Source: an uncultured virus (IMG/VR IMGVR_UViG_2061766007_000136)
Lineage: Duplodnaviria; Heunggongvirae; Uroviricota; Caudoviricetes
IMG/VR virus record: IMGVR_UViG_2061766007_000136
Reading direction: 5' to 3' (one strand)
DNA length: 64,000 bases
Numbering within the stretch: position 1 is the first letter of the stretch; every line of letters begins with the position of its first letter. The translations under genes were made by a program, and so were the position numbers. Below, in pieces: positions 9,988 to 20,249 of this stretch. The notes under the pieces were generated by a model that saw only the letters and a program-made list of their open reading frames with translations, had not been told where the DNA came from and made no database searches.

Positions 9988-10698
9988 ATGAAACTAAAAA
10001 CTGAATATCTTGAAGAAATCAAAAATCAATTTGAACAGGACTGGAACAAATTGCAGGAGAATCTGAATGAGAAATTCGGGAAGCGCACGTTCAAGGACAT
10101 CTTCGACATGACTGAAACAATCATTGCGGATGAAGATTTATGTTTTGAATACCGCAAGATTTTCAAGGAAGCCGATGTCTGGACGAGATTTAGCGAATTC
10201 TCTCTGTATGTCGAAACAAGCACGGACAACATAGTCCGTGAATACAACAGGCTCTACGACAACATGTTTTTCGATTTCATCAATGACGGGCAGTGCCACA
10301 TTGTCAAGCTCACGTACAAGTACAAAGGTTCGGGAAAGGAATGGCATGAATATATGGTCGTCACCACAGACCTGTACAACATGGATGAATTCATGTTCAA
10401 GGAAACAATTCTCCGCAGGTCTCAATATAGCAAGAATGATTTTTTCAATGTAGAATACAAGCCACTCGGAACCGAGGAATACTACAGGCTCATGAGCCTG
10501 ATAGCCGACAGGAAGAATTACACGGACGATGATGAATTGGTCTTGTTTGAAAGCAAGCTCTATGACGAATTCTACGATTCCATCGACGGAATCGAGGACA
10601 TGAAGCCGTTCAAGAAGCTCAACATCGAGAAGTTAAAGAAGAATCTGACAAAAAAGAAAAGAGTAAATGACCATGCCGAAATACGATTACAAATGTGA
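9988..10698 (+). CDS. Hypothetical protein (paralog of 12789..13409)
   Basis: RBS and ORF; shares CH(I/M)VK...H(E/K)Y...Y(Y/W)(R/K)(L/I) pattern. Confidence 0.6.
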   Translation: MKLKTEYLEEIKNQFEQDWNKLQENLNEKFGKRTFKDIFDMTETIIADEDLCFEYRKIFKEADVWTRFSEFSLYVETSTDNIVREYNRLYDNMFFDFINDGQCHIVKLTYKYKGSGKEWHEYMVVTTDLYNMDEFMFKETILRRSQYSKNDFFNVEYKPLGTEEYYRLMSLIADRKNYTDDDELVLFESKLYDEFYDSIDGIEDMKPFKKLNIEKLKKNLTKKKRVNDHAEIRLQM

Positions 10699-10858
10699 AA
10701 AGTGCGGGGTGTTTGAAGTCGAGCAGAAGATAACCGACCCGAAGCTAACTGAATGCCCGAAATGTGGCGGAAAGGTGAGACGGTTGATTTCAAAGGGCGT
10801 GTCGTTGCAGTTCAAAGGCGAAGGGTTCTATTGCACGGACTACAAGGACAAGGAATAA
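10667..10858 (+). CDS. FmdB-family zinc ribbon protein
   Basis: MPKYDYKCEKCG...CPKCGG...RRLIS...FKGEGFYCTDY. Confidence 0.9.
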   Translation: MTMPKYDYKCEKCGVFEVEQKITDPKLTECPKCGGKVRRLISKGVSLQFKGEGFYCTDYKDKE

Positions 10859-10876
10859 GTAAAAAGATTAACTGAC

Positions 10877-11410
10877 ATGAAAAAGGGAAGAAAGGAATCA
10901 ATCAGAAAGCAGTGGTTTGGCGAAGGCTTCGTGAAGGAATTCAGCGAACTCGGATACTATGAGAGTTTCAAGCTCTGGAAGGACATCTGTGAAGTCGCGT
11001 TCAAGGATTTCACCGACGACGAACTGAAGAACCCAGTGTTCGTCAAGAACATGCAGTCGCTTTTCATTGACGAATCCATCCATCATTTCATTCGGTACTT
11101 CTTCGCCACAGCGATATGCCTCGGCATGTTCGGTGACAAATGCTTCGAGAATTCAAGGAATCTTCTGACAGAACAAGGCAACGACGAGGAGTTCAAGAAC
11201 AAGATAACGCACCTCGTGAAATTCGGTATCAACATGACCAAGGATGAGAAAAGACAGAGCCATGAATACATGAACCATGTGTATTTGAAAGAATGCGGTT
11301 ATTCATACGCAGTATGCAAGCTCAACGCCAAGAAATCCGAAGCGAAGGAATTCTTCGACAATTTCGACGACTTAGCTCAAGGCTACTATCTTTCAAAGAA
11401 TCTGGACTGA
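10877..11410 (+). CDS. Hypothetical protein, tandem paralog family member 1
   Basis: LGYYES..L and FIDESI...IRY motif shared with the next three genes. Confidence 0.6.
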   Translation: MKKGRKESIRKQWFGEGFVKEFSELGYYESFKLWKDICEVAFKDFTDDELKNPVFVKNMQSLFIDESIHHFIRYFFATAICLGMFGDKCFENSRNLLTEQGNDEEFKNKITHLVKFGINMTKDEKRQSHEYMNHVYLKECGYSYAVCKLNAKKSEAKEFFDNFDDLAQGYYLSKNLD

Positions 11411-11441
11411 TTTGGAAAAAAGATTTCAAAGGAGTAGTATC

Positions 11442-11891
11442 ATGACGGAGCAAGAAATCAAGGAAAAACTTCAAAGCAACCTCGACGGGATTTTCGACGG
11501 TCTTGGCTTCTATGAGACAGTGGAGCTGTTTCTGGAAATGATTGATGTCATTTCTCACATGGACGGTTATAAAGTCAAATATGTGGTCAAGCCGAATTTC
11601 CAGAAGATGCTGTTTGACAAATCAATCCCGTATCATGTAAGGATGACAATGATAAGATTGATGATTAATAGCGAATGCCCACTCAAAAGAGAACTGTTGA
11701 GTGGGAAAGAGATTTGTGACTGGATACGTTCGAATTTTTATTTAAAAGACAAGGAAATGAGTGCAAAATTGGATTGTATTCGCCACACATTGAACCCGTC
11801 GTTTCTTTTGGAATCATCAAAAGAGAAAAGAAAGGAGTTTTTCAGCAATTTCGACCAGAATGTTGAAAATTACAAAAAAATGAAAAAATAA
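11442..11891 (+). CDS. Hypothetical protein, tandem paralog family member 2
   Basis: LGFYET, MLFDKSIPYHVR, SECP. Confidence 0.6.
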   Translation: MTEQEIKEKLQSNLDGIFDGLGFYETVELFLEMIDVISHMDGYKVKYVVKPNFQKMLFDKSIPYHVRMTMIRLMINSECPLKRELLSGKEICDWIRSNFYLKDKEMSAKLDCIRHTLNPSFLLESSKEKRKEFFSNFDQNVENYKKMKK

Positions 11892-11896
11892 TCCAA

Positions 11897-12310
11897 ATGG
11901 AAAGGGTATTGAGCATGACGAAAGAAGAAATCAAGAAAAGACTGCACAACGGAAACTGCCATGAAATCCTTGGAAGTGCCAGTTTCCTTGAAGCGGTGAA
12001 ACTGTGTTTTGAAATAAACGAAACCATTACCGACATGCCAACGGAGGAAGTGCAAGAGATTGCAACGAATGTCAAGAGTATGATTCTGGACGAATCCGTT
12101 CCGTTGCATGTAAAGTATATGTTCATCAGGATTTTGTGCGAAAGCGAATGCCCACACAAAAGAATGCTGTTGGAAGGGCAAGACGAGTTGAAGAACATCA
12201 TCTCTATCGGAGTTGGAAACTACACAGGTGGATATGATGAGCACTCCGTTGAGCAATTAAAATACATCCGTTGCAATTTCAAAAGATTGAAAGACAAGGA
12301 ACAACAGTGA
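11897..12310 (+). CDS. Hypothetical protein, tandem paralog family member 3
   Basis: FLEAVKL, MILDESVPLHVKY, SECP. Confidence 0.6.
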   Translation: MERVLSMTKEEIKKRLHNGNCHEILGSASFLEAVKLCFEINETITDMPTEEVQEIATNVKSMILDESVPLHVKYMFIRILCESECPHKRMLLEGQDELKNIISIGVGNYTGGYDEHSVEQLKYIRCNFKRLKDKEQQ

Positions 12311-12792
12311 AACAATATGAAAAAAACCAGCGCAATGTCAGACTGATGTTTCATGGACTTGATTTTTATAATTCCATGATGCTGTACAAGAAATTAATTT
12401 TATCATTTTCCTTAATGTCGGCAGAACATATTATTAAATTCATCAAGCCATTTCAAAAAATGTTGCTTGATGAAGAAATTCCATTGTACATCAGATATCT
12501 TTTCATATACATTATTATTTGTGAATATTTTTGTGAAAAACAGCATATAAAAGCATTGCTATGCAATAATAAACGTCTAACAAGCATAGCAAGAGCATCA
12601 ATTTTGCCTTCTGATTTAAGAAAATGGACTGAACAAAAAGATGCCATCAGAATAGGATATATAAAAAAAGGTCTTCACAGTGAAGATGTGCTGAAACTTC
12701 TGAATGGAAACAAAGAAAGTTTCGAGCGGTTTGATAAAATGGCTACAGAATGGTATGAAAAGGAAAAATTGAGTGAAGGATATCTGAAATGA
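12307..12792 (+). CDS. Hypothetical protein, tandem paralog family member 4
   Basis: LDFYNS, MLLDEEIPLYIRY; GTG start overlaps the upstream stop. Confidence 0.55.
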   Translation: MKQYEKNQRNVRLMFHGLDFYNSMMLYKKLILSFSLMSAEHIIKFIKPFQKMLLDEEIPLYIRYLFIYIIICEYFCEKQHIKALLCNNKRLTSIARASILPSDLRKWTEQKDAIRIGYIKKGLHSEDVLKLLNGNKESFERFDKMATEWYEKEKLSEGYLK

Positions 12793-13409
12793 CAAGCAAG
12801 GAAAAATATTTTGAAGATATGAGACAACTCGCCGAATTCCAGTGGAAGACATACGAGAAGTTACTCAATTCAAAAATTCGTGGAAAAACGGGTCGCGCAA
12901 TCATTGAAAAGATTCTGGAAATACATGCCGACAGCACGAATGTGCTGTATTACATTGGATTGTTCTTGTTAAAAGATGTGGCGGAGGATACGATAATAGA
13001 AGATTACCTGTATCTCAATCCAGAAGTAAAAGATTATGTCGCGGAGCGAATCAAGTTTTTAAAGAATCTTTCCTACGCATTTGAATGCGCATGCGAATGC
13101 CACATGGTCAAAATCATGCTTGACCCTTGTTGCGAAGGTTGCAAACCATATCATAAATATGCCATTACGACAAAGCACGTCCATTTGATGAATGAGCAGG
13201 AGAAGCTTGATTTTGCAAGAGGCGTGACAAATACTTACAGAAAGGAATTTAAAGGTCTTGAAAGCAAATTCATGTCTTTCTCGGACTACTGGAAAATACT
13301 CGAAGCATTGGCTGGTGAAACAAGCTATGTTCAAAGAAACAATCCAGTGGCTCCAAAATACTTTGACAAAGCTATATTAGACAAAATCTACGATTCCATT
13401 GAAGAATAA
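12789..13409 (+). CDS. Hypothetical protein (paralog of 9988..10698)
   Basis: ORF coupled to the upstream stop; shared C-terminal pattern. Confidence 0.6.
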   Translation: MTSKEKYFEDMRQLAEFQWKTYEKLLNSKIRGKTGRAIIEKILEIHADSTNVLYYIGLFLLKDVAEDTIIEDYLYLNPEVKDYVAERIKFLKNLSYAFECACECHMVKIMLDPCCEGCKPYHKYAITTKHVHLMNEQEKLDFARGVTNTYRKEFKGLESKFMSFSDYWKILEALAGETSYVQRNNPVAPKYFDKAILDKIYDSIEE

Positions 13410-13424
13410 AAATGGAGACGGAAA

Positions 13425-14165
13425 ATGGAAAAGATACTCAAATATCCTAGAACGCAACATCTGCAAGGCTCGCGTCTGCAAGCTGGGGACGAGGACTTGT
13501 CGCAAGTCCCCTTTTCCGAAATCCGTGGCAGGAAAATCGTCGTCGAGGAAAAGATNNNNNNNNNNNNNNNNNTTCAGCTCCGAAGGCGACCTGCTCTTGC
13601 AGAGCCGTGGGCATTATCTGACAGGCGGTGCTCGTGAAAAGCATTACAACCTGTTCAAGGAATGGGCGAATCACCATGTAGATGCACTGTTCGACATTCT
13701 TGGCGACAGGTATATCCTGTACGGAGAATGGATGTACGCAAAGCACACCGTGTTTTATGACGCGCTCCCACACTACTTCTTCGAATTCGACATTTGGGAC
13801 AAGCAGAGGGAAATCTTCCTTGATACGGCGACAAGGCATGCGATGCTGAAGGATTCGCCTGTGCTGTCCGTCCCAGTCATCACGGAACGCGCCTTCGACA
13901 AGCTGGAGGACTTGACCAGTCTCATCGGGCATTCGCGGTACATCACCGACCATCACATCGAGGCGTTGAAGGAATACTGCGTCCAGAACCCGAAATGCGG
14001 ACCAATCGAGGACAGGCTGAACGAAACCGACCATTCCACGAAGATGGAAGGAATCTACATCAAAATCGAGGAAAATGGTGAGACGGTAGGAAGGCTGAAA
14101 TTCGTCCGCAATGAATTCGTGCAGATGATTGTAAGTTCGAACGAGACATCGAGCCACTGGCTCGC
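13425..14165 (+). CDS. ATP-dependent RNA ligase family protein (broken by gaps, 3' end uncertain)
   Basis: KYPRTQHLQGS, VVEEK (motif I, then gap), YGEWM, FEFDIWD, EGIYIK, LKFVR. Confidence 0.82.
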
Positions 14166-14349
14166 NNNNNNNNNNTCCGCATTACTTCTTCGAATTCGAC
14201 ATCTGGGACAAGCAGAGGGAAATCTTCCTTGATACGGCGACGCGCCATGCGATGCTGAAGGATTCGCCTGTGCTGTCCGTCCCAGTCATCACGGANNNNN
14301 NNNNNGAGGGAGACGATATATCAACCAGTAATAGAAAAGGAGTACAATT

Positions 14350-14760
14350 ATGCCGAATGAATTTGGTGAATTGACAGATGCCGACAGGGAAGAAGTGACA
14401 TTTACTGTGACATGCACAATGAAACGCAGGTGGATTCAGCCATTCATGTCCATGTTGAAGTACATGGAATACTGCGGGAAGGTCGGGCATTCCAGCGATG
14501 TCGGATTGTTCGCCGACGGCGACGGGGATTTCCGCCCGACGTTCAAAGCAGAAGGAGAAGGCGCGGATGTGACGCAGTATTCGCGTCCACGTTCAACTGA
14601 CTACGGATGGGACGAAGTGACGTTCGACGCAGACTGTTATCCAGAGCAAATTGCGTATGTCCTTGACGGAGAAGGTAGCAAGCACATGAACGAAGAAGAC
14701 CTCAAAAAGTGGGAACGCCTCCGCAAGGACGGTTGGGAGCACAAAGAAATCAAAAACTGA
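14350..14760 (+). CDS. Hypothetical phage protein
   Basis: RBS and ORF containing FADGDGDFRP. Confidence 0.6.
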   Translation: MPNEFGELTDADREEVTFTVTCTMKRRWIQPFMSMLKYMEYCGKVGHSSDVGLFADGDGDFRPTFKAEGEGADVTQYSRPRSTDYGWDEVTFDADCYPEQIAYVLDGEGSKHMNEEDLKKWERLRKDGWEHKEIKN

Positions 14761-14847
14761 ACAAGCAAAACATAATTCACTTATAATCCGATGGTATAAT
14801 GTACTATCGGATTTTTGTTTTTCAACATCAACAAGGCAAAGTGAATT

Positions 14848-15657
14848 ATGAACAGCAGATTGAAAATAGCGAAGGACTTGCTTAATGTGGCGAAGATGAT
14901 TCTGGCTAAGGAACTGGTCATCATCCCTTATGACGGAGAGCATTTGAATGTTGACCATCCGTTGAAGGAAATCAACGCTGATGACGACACCGCCGTTGAC
15001 ACAAGCAACATCGGCAACAAGACGGACAAAAGCTTTCCATATGAAATCTGGGCGATTGATGTCAGGGAATCTCTTAGAGGAAGGCAATCGTTTACTGAAA
15101 AAATCAGAAGCCTGATACAGAAGATACAAGGAAATCCATTGAAAAAATGGGTGCTGTGGACTTCTGGAAAGAATCTGGACATCGTCAAGAATTTCTGCAA
15201 AGAACAGGGATTCCAGCCAGATGCCGTCAACGACAACATCGACGAGGTGAAGATATATTATGGTGCGAGCAGTCGAAAGGTATACGCCCATCATTACATC
15301 GACGCAAGAAATGTGACGATGGACAATGTGAATAAAATCAAGGATGAAAACAGACCAGTCGTGTACGCGATTGACTTTGACGGAACCATCGCCGAGACAG
15401 ACAGGACATTCCCGCAGATTGAGAAGCCGATTGACAAAATCGTGAACTTCATCAAGGAAATACAAAAAGACCCGATGAAGCAATGGGTGCTTTACACATG
15501 CCGTGTAGGGGAGGCGGAGAAAATCGCCGAACAATGGTGCCATGAGAACGGACTGTTCCCAGATGCGGTGAACAGCAACGTAAGAAGCCACGGAGAAAGA
15601 AAGATTGACGCTGACTACTACATCGACGACAGGAATGTGGACTTGTCGAAGCTGTAA
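14848..15657 (+). CDS. Tandem HAD-like domain protein with N-terminal IAK-L-AK-LA leader
   Basis: Two internal repeats (WVLWT/WVLYT...PDAVN...RK...YID); only the second has AIDFDGT. Confidence 0.7.
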   Translation: MNSRLKIAKDLLNVAKMILAKELVIIPYDGEHLNVDHPLKEINADDDTAVDTSNIGNKTDKSFPYEIWAIDVRESLRGRQSFTEKIRSLIQKIQGNPLKKWVLWTSGKNLDIVKNFCKEQGFQPDAVNDNIDEVKIYYGASSRKVYAHHYIDARNVTMDNVNKIKDENRPVVYAIDFDGTIAETDRTFPQIEKPIDKIVNFIKEIQKDPMKQWVLYTCRVGEAEKIAEQWCHENGLFPDAVNSNVRSHGERKIDADYYIDDRNVDLSKL

Positions 15658-15679
15658 GGCATTTTTCATTCAAAGTTAC

Positions 15680-15712
15680 AGTCCAGAAGGAATATTCCTT
15701 CTGGACTTTTTT
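15680..15712 (+). terminator. Rho-independent terminator
   Basis: Palindromic AGTCCAGAAGGAAT/ATTCCTTCTGGACT followed by a T run. Confidence 0.75.
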
Positions 15713-15769
15713 GTTTATAATCATCATTATGATAGATTTTAGATAATTGTTCTAATGAGGAGATGAATC

Positions 15770-16381
15770 ATGCTGGCTACATTGAAGAAAATAAAGACCG
15801 CGTTCCTGAACATCCTTGGGGATATCAAGCTGTATCCGTTCCCGTTCTTCATGGTGTACGACCCGTCCACATTCAATGTCAAGGGATTTCATACAAGGCA
15901 GGCGATAAACGCTATCCAGACGGGTTGCATCGTCCTTCGCGGATATAAATGCTATGCTGACGGATACTTTATTCCAGGCGACTTCTCGCATTCTGGAATT
16001 TATGTCGGCGATGGTCAGGTGATACACGCCGTTGCCGAAGGTGTCGAATACATCGACTTGATTGACTTCCTGCGTTGCGACCGTTTCTGCATCCTGAAGC
16101 CAAAAGACCAATTGCTTGGGGCGCAGGCAGCGAAGAAGGCGATGAATTACATCGGCAAGCCATACGACTTTGATTTCGTCGATGGCGAAGATGCATTCTA
16201 TTGCCATGAAATGACGAATGCATGTTATTCGTCCCTGAACCTTCAGAAGCATGAGGTGAAGCTCTTCGGTGTAAAAGTCAGACCGAGATTCACTTGTGAC
16301 ACGTTCCTCGAATGCGACGCTTTTGAGAAAATAATGGAAGTAAATGAGGATAAAGACATTTATTTCATCAAAAATTCTTGA
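15770..16381 (+). CDS. Permuted papain-like NlpC/P60 (YiiX/YebB-like) amidase
   Basis: FSHSGIY, VIHAV, IGKPYDFDF, FYCHE. Confidence 0.85.
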   Translation: MLATLKKIKTAFLNILGDIKLYPFPFFMVYDPSTFNVKGFHTRQAINAIQTGCIVLRGYKCYADGYFIPGDFSHSGIYVGDGQVIHAVAEGVEYIDLIDFLRCDRFCILKPKDQLLGAQAAKKAMNYIGKPYDFDFVDGEDAFYCHEMTNACYSSLNLQKHEVKLFGVKVRPRFTCDTFLECDAFEKIMEVNEDKDIYFIKNS

Positions 16382-16473
16382 CTTTTCCAAAACACACGTC
16401 ATATTAAAAGCGTTGGAAGAAATCCAACCGAGTGTTGTTTGTAAATGAAAGGACAAAACAAAAGGAAAAGCAA

Positions 16474-16803
16474 ATGAAGAACGAAGTATTCTACTACTAC
16501 CTCCGTGACAAGCAGAACCACCCTTACGGCTGTGTCGCCATTCAGGAAACGAACGACGGCAAAATCAACCGTGGCGTGTCCATCTGCTCGAAGGCTGACC
16601 GCTGGGACAGGGCTTGCGCCCGTGGCATCGCGTTCAAGCGTTGCCAAAAGGCTGGTGAATCCCTCTTCCCCATTCCGTTCGGAACCTACAACGGTACGAA
16701 GCGTCATATGCCTGAAATCGCGTTCGCCTACAAGAGCGAACGCAATGCGACTCCGACTGAAGCCGAAGCGAAAATCATCGCCAAGCCCCCAGTCAAGGAC
16801 TGA
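16474..16803 (+). CDS. Hypothetical phage protein
   Basis: Promoter motif at 16378, RBS, ORF containing GVSICSKAD. Confidence 0.6.
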   Translation: MKNEVFYYYLRDKQNHPYGCVAIQETNDGKINRGVSICSKADRWDRACARGIAFKRCQKAGESLFPIPFGTYNGTKRHMPEIAFAYKSERNATPTEAEAKIIAKPPVKD

Positions 16804-16890
16804 TTCCATCGACAGGTAGTTGAAGAAAGCTGGTGCTGTAATGGCGACATTCATGGCACTGGCTTATTTTTTTATAAGGAGGATTATCGG

Positions 16891-17784
16891 ATGAAGAAAG
16901 TAGTGATTGCAGGAGCGGGTCCCGCTGGATTGACATGCGCCATATATCTTGCTAGGGCGGGATACGATGTGGATGTGTTCACGGATGAAATCAATTCGTT
17001 GGGTTCGTTGCAGAACGCGAAGGAAATCAACAACTATCCTGGTTTTCCTGACGGTATCGGCGGTCTCGATTTGCAGATGAAGATGGTCGAGCAGGCGGAG
17101 AAGAACGGGGTCAAATTCCACGAGGCTGGAATCACGAAGGTCATCACGGACACGAAGACAGCCGTTGACAGCTATGGCAAGGAACACAAGTACGACGAAT
17201 ATGTGGAGGCGATTGGACTGAAGCACAAAGAATACGAATGTAAGGGAATCGAGAACATCCCAGTGCATTACTGCGCCGTGTGCGACGCGGATTTGTGCGT
17301 CGGTCAGGATATCGCCATCATCGGGGGTGGGGACACTGCGGTTTCATCGGCATTGTATCTGTGCGACAAGGCGAAATCCGTGACGATGCTTGTCAGGAAG
17401 CCGAATTGCAGAATCACCAACCAGACTGCATTCAAAGAATTGCAGAAAAAGGGAAATTTCAAGCTTATGTACACATCCGAATTGCGAGAAGTGACTGTCG
17501 ACAAAGACGGAAAGCCAGTGTTGCACATTGAAGATACGTCGAAATCCCAAACAGTCGTTCTTACGTCATATCCTCCTCAATACAAGACGGAGCCTTACAT
17601 GATAGAATTGCCAGATGTCACGCATTTGTTCGTATGCATTGGTTTCTCCATCAACAACATCGCCCATTACGGAGAAGAAGGCATCTGGAAATGCGGTGAC
17701 AATGTGGAACGCCATAAGCAAGTAGCGGTCGCCGTAGGCTCTGGAGCGAATGTAGCTCTCGACATCATTGAAAAATGCAGATGA
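16891..17784 (+). CDS. trxB: Thioredoxin reductase-like FAD oxidoreductase
   Basis: GAGPAGLT, NYPGF, YCAVCD redox motif, IIGGGDTA. Confidence 0.85.
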   Translation: MKKVVIAGAGPAGLTCAIYLARAGYDVDVFTDEINSLGSLQNAKEINNYPGFPDGIGGLDLQMKMVEQAEKNGVKFHEAGITKVITDTKTAVDSYGKEHKYDEYVEAIGLKHKEYECKGIENIPVHYCAVCDADLCVGQDIAIIGGGDTAVSSALYLCDKAKSVTMLVRKPNCRITNQTAFKELQKKGNFKLMYTSELREVTVDKDGKPVLHIEDTSKSQTVVLTSYPPQYKTEPYMIELPDVTHLFVCIGFSINNIAHYGEEGIWKCGDNVERHKQVAVAVGSGANVALDIIEKCR

Positions 17785-17896
17785 AAATTTGCAATTTATA
17801 ATTCATGATGTATATTATACTATACATATAAATAAATGGTAAAGACCATTAATAGGAATTGTCATTCACATACTTATAAACAAAGGTGATTTTATA

Positions 17897-18223
17897 ATGA
17901 GACTAGACGAATTGACAAAATCTGAAATTGCCGAATTCAAAAAGGCTGATTGCTTCTATGCGATTATCGAACTTGCTCAGAATCAATACGAAATCGTCAA
18001 GTTGGCGAAGGACGAAGTGGAATTCGACGAATACGGAGACCCGACGTTCTTAAATGGATTTGAACCTGATAAGTTCAAGCATGCATACTGGTTCGACGAT
18101 GAAGACGAAGCCAATGACTATGTGCAGACTTTGCACAGACAGGATAAGCTGGTAGTGGATTTGCGGTCTGCCATCGAACAAAGTGATGAATTGCTGGCAA
18201 AACTTAAAAACGAAAAAGTATAA
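17897..18223 (+). CDS. Hypothetical protein
   Basis: RBS and ORF. Confidence 0.55.
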   Translation: MRLDELTKSEIAEFKKADCFYAIIELAQNQYEIVKLAKDEVEFDEYGDPTFLNGFEPDKFKHAYWFDDEDEANDYVQTLHRQDKLVVDLRSAIEQSDELLAKLKNEKV

Positions 18224-18231
18224 TATACGAT

Positions 18232-18307
18232 AGCCTCTTGGTATAAGCGGTTAGAATATTTGATTTTGATTCAAATGATGCTGGTTCGAGTCCAGCAGAG
18301 GCTGCCA
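18232..18307 (+). tRNA. tRNA-Gln(TTG)
   Basis: AGCCTCT/AGAGGCT acceptor, TTTGA-TT TTG AT-TCAAA anticodon arm, GCTGG-TTCGAGT-CCAGC T arm, G-CCA end. Confidence 0.9.
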
Positions 18308-18554
18308 AATGAATTTTCTTTGTCGAAACTTGCATTTTCAATTTCAGAGTGTATATTATAATGGATTCCATTGAAGCCATAGCGATACGGTCTTACATCG
18401 TAGGTCTTGTTGCTTTTGCAATTGGTTTCGTTGTTTCATTTTTCCATGAACATGCTGGAATGTCCATTATGGCATGGGGAGTGGTCGTCGGACTGTTTTC
18501 GACACTATGGACAATTGCGATGTATCTTGATTGAAGTACAAAGGAGTAATTAAA

Positions 18555-19007
18555 ATGCAAACTGTGAAATGTCCTAACTGCGGGGAGAAAATAGAAATAC
18601 ACGGGCACAAGGCTGAAAGGAAAGCCAAATGCCCGTTTGAAGGAATGTGGAAGAACGTATGGTATGTGTCCATATGCTTTCAAGTTAGACCAGATTCAGG
18701 AGAATTAGCTTTTCTGGATATCGTGAAAGACCGTTATCTTCCTCAGAATGAATCCAAATACGATTTCAAATGGATGGAAATTCAGGAAAAGAAATACTAC
18801 GACTATGGCGACCAAGACTACCGTTCGTACTTCATCTGTGCAAGAAACGAAGAGGAAGTCAAGGAAGCCCAGCGCATCCTGACTGAGAAGTACGAGGAAA
18901 TCATGACCGATGAGATTTCAAGAATTAAGCATTTCATGGCACTGTCGTTCAAAGACATCCATCGTGACCTGACAGATGAAATCAGAAAAGAGTTAACGCA
19001 ATGCTAG
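18555..19007 (+). CDS. Hypothetical protein with N-terminal CxxC
   Basis: RBS, VKCPNCG. Confidence 0.55.
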   Translation: MQTVKCPNCGEKIEIHGHKAERKAKCPFEGMWKNVWYVSICFQVRPDSGELAFLDIVKDRYLPQNESKYDFKWMEIQEKKYYDYGDQDYRSYFICARNEEEVKEAQRILTEKYEEIMTDEISRIKHFMALSFKDIHRDLTDEIRKELTQC

Positions 19008-19112
19008 CATACTTTTTCATTGGACTTGCATTGTATGAATTAAATGGCATGGTGGATATTCTTATTGAACTTATCGCAACCGACCAAGCAGTTATCACAG
19101 AGGAAAACAAAA

Positions 19113-19700
19113 ATGAATGAAATTGAAAAAAACAAAATCATATTCCTCGATTGTGACGGCGTAATCAACAACGATGCCATGATTTCCGACTGGATTTCCA
19201 GACACGGAGAATCGAAGGAAAGCATGGAGATGTTCAGGCAACGGTATTGCCTCCACAACGGAGAGGATGGATATGTCGTGCCTGAACTGGTTGAACGTCT
19301 GAAAAATATTTGCAACAGGACGGAATGCAAAATCGTATGGTCTAGTTCATGGCGCGAAAACTACCTGAAGCGCAATCCAGACACAGGGGATTTTTATTTC
19401 AACTATGCGGCAATCAGAAGCCTCTGGGTGGCAAAGGGATTTCCTGTTGAACGGTTCATCGACTGCACTCCGTGCGAAAACATGACGCATTATTCCTATG
19501 TGCCTCGCGGACTGGAGATACAGGATTGGATTGACAAGTACAAGAACATACTGTATGTCGGCAAATGCGCCATCCTTGACGACAATGAAGACGCTGGATA
19601 CGGAATCAAGGACGAAGGCACGAGATTCTTCCAGACGAGCTTCAGTCTTGGACTGACGAAGGACATTGCGGACGACGTGGTTGAATGGTTGAATAACTGA
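19113..19700 (+). CDS. HAD-family phosphatase (HAD_SAK_2-like, as in RNA-repair proteins)
   Basis: IIFLDCDGVIN, IVWSSSWR, RGLEIQDW, AILDD, GLT. Confidence 0.8.
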   Translation: MNEIEKNKIIFLDCDGVINNDAMISDWISRHGESKESMEMFRQRYCLHNGEDGYVVPELVERLKNICNRTECKIVWSSSWRENYLKRNPDTGDFYFNYAAIRSLWVAKGFPVERFIDCTPCENMTHYSYVPRGLEIQDWIDKYKNILYVGKCAILDDNEDAGYGIKDEGTRFFQTSFSLGLTKDIADDVVEWLNN

Positions 19701-20249
19701 CAAAGGGGATTTATGAAAAAAAGAATCATCAACGTGAACCTGTGGGACGATTACAANNNNNNNNNNNNNNNNNNNNNNNNNNNNNNNNNNNNNNNNNNNN
19801 NNNNNNNNNNNNNNNNNNNNNNNNNNNNNNNNNNNNNNNNNNNNNNNNNNNNNNNNNNNNNNNNNNNNNNNNNNNNNNNNNNNNNNNNNNNNNNNNNNNN
19901 NNNNNNNNNNNNNNNNNNNNNNNNNNNNNNNNNNNNNNNNNNNNNNNNNNNNNNNNNNNNNNNNNNNNNNNNNNNNNNNNNNNNNNNNNNNNNNNNNNNN
20001 NNNNNNNNNNNNNNNNNNNNNNNNNNNNNNNNNNNNNNNNNNNNNNNNNNNNNNNNNNNNNNNNNNNNNNNNNNNNNNNNNNNNNNNNNNNNNNNNNNNN
20101 NNNNNNNNNNNNNNNNNNNNNNNNNNNNNNNNNNNNNNNNNNNNNNNNNNNNNNNNNNNNNNNNNNNNNNNNNNNNNNNNNNNNNNNNNNNNNNNNNCCA
20201 ATGGCTGATGGAAAGCTGAAGAGCCGAATTTTTCACAAAGGAGTCAGAG

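Noticed and set aside
13772..14295. Apparent duplication of part of the RNA ligase gene
   Set aside because: The second copy lies between two 10-N gaps and differs by a few substitutions; consistent with a strain-variant bubble in the scaffold
19757..20197. ORFs spanning the long N run
   Set aside because: No sequence available; cannot be interpreted
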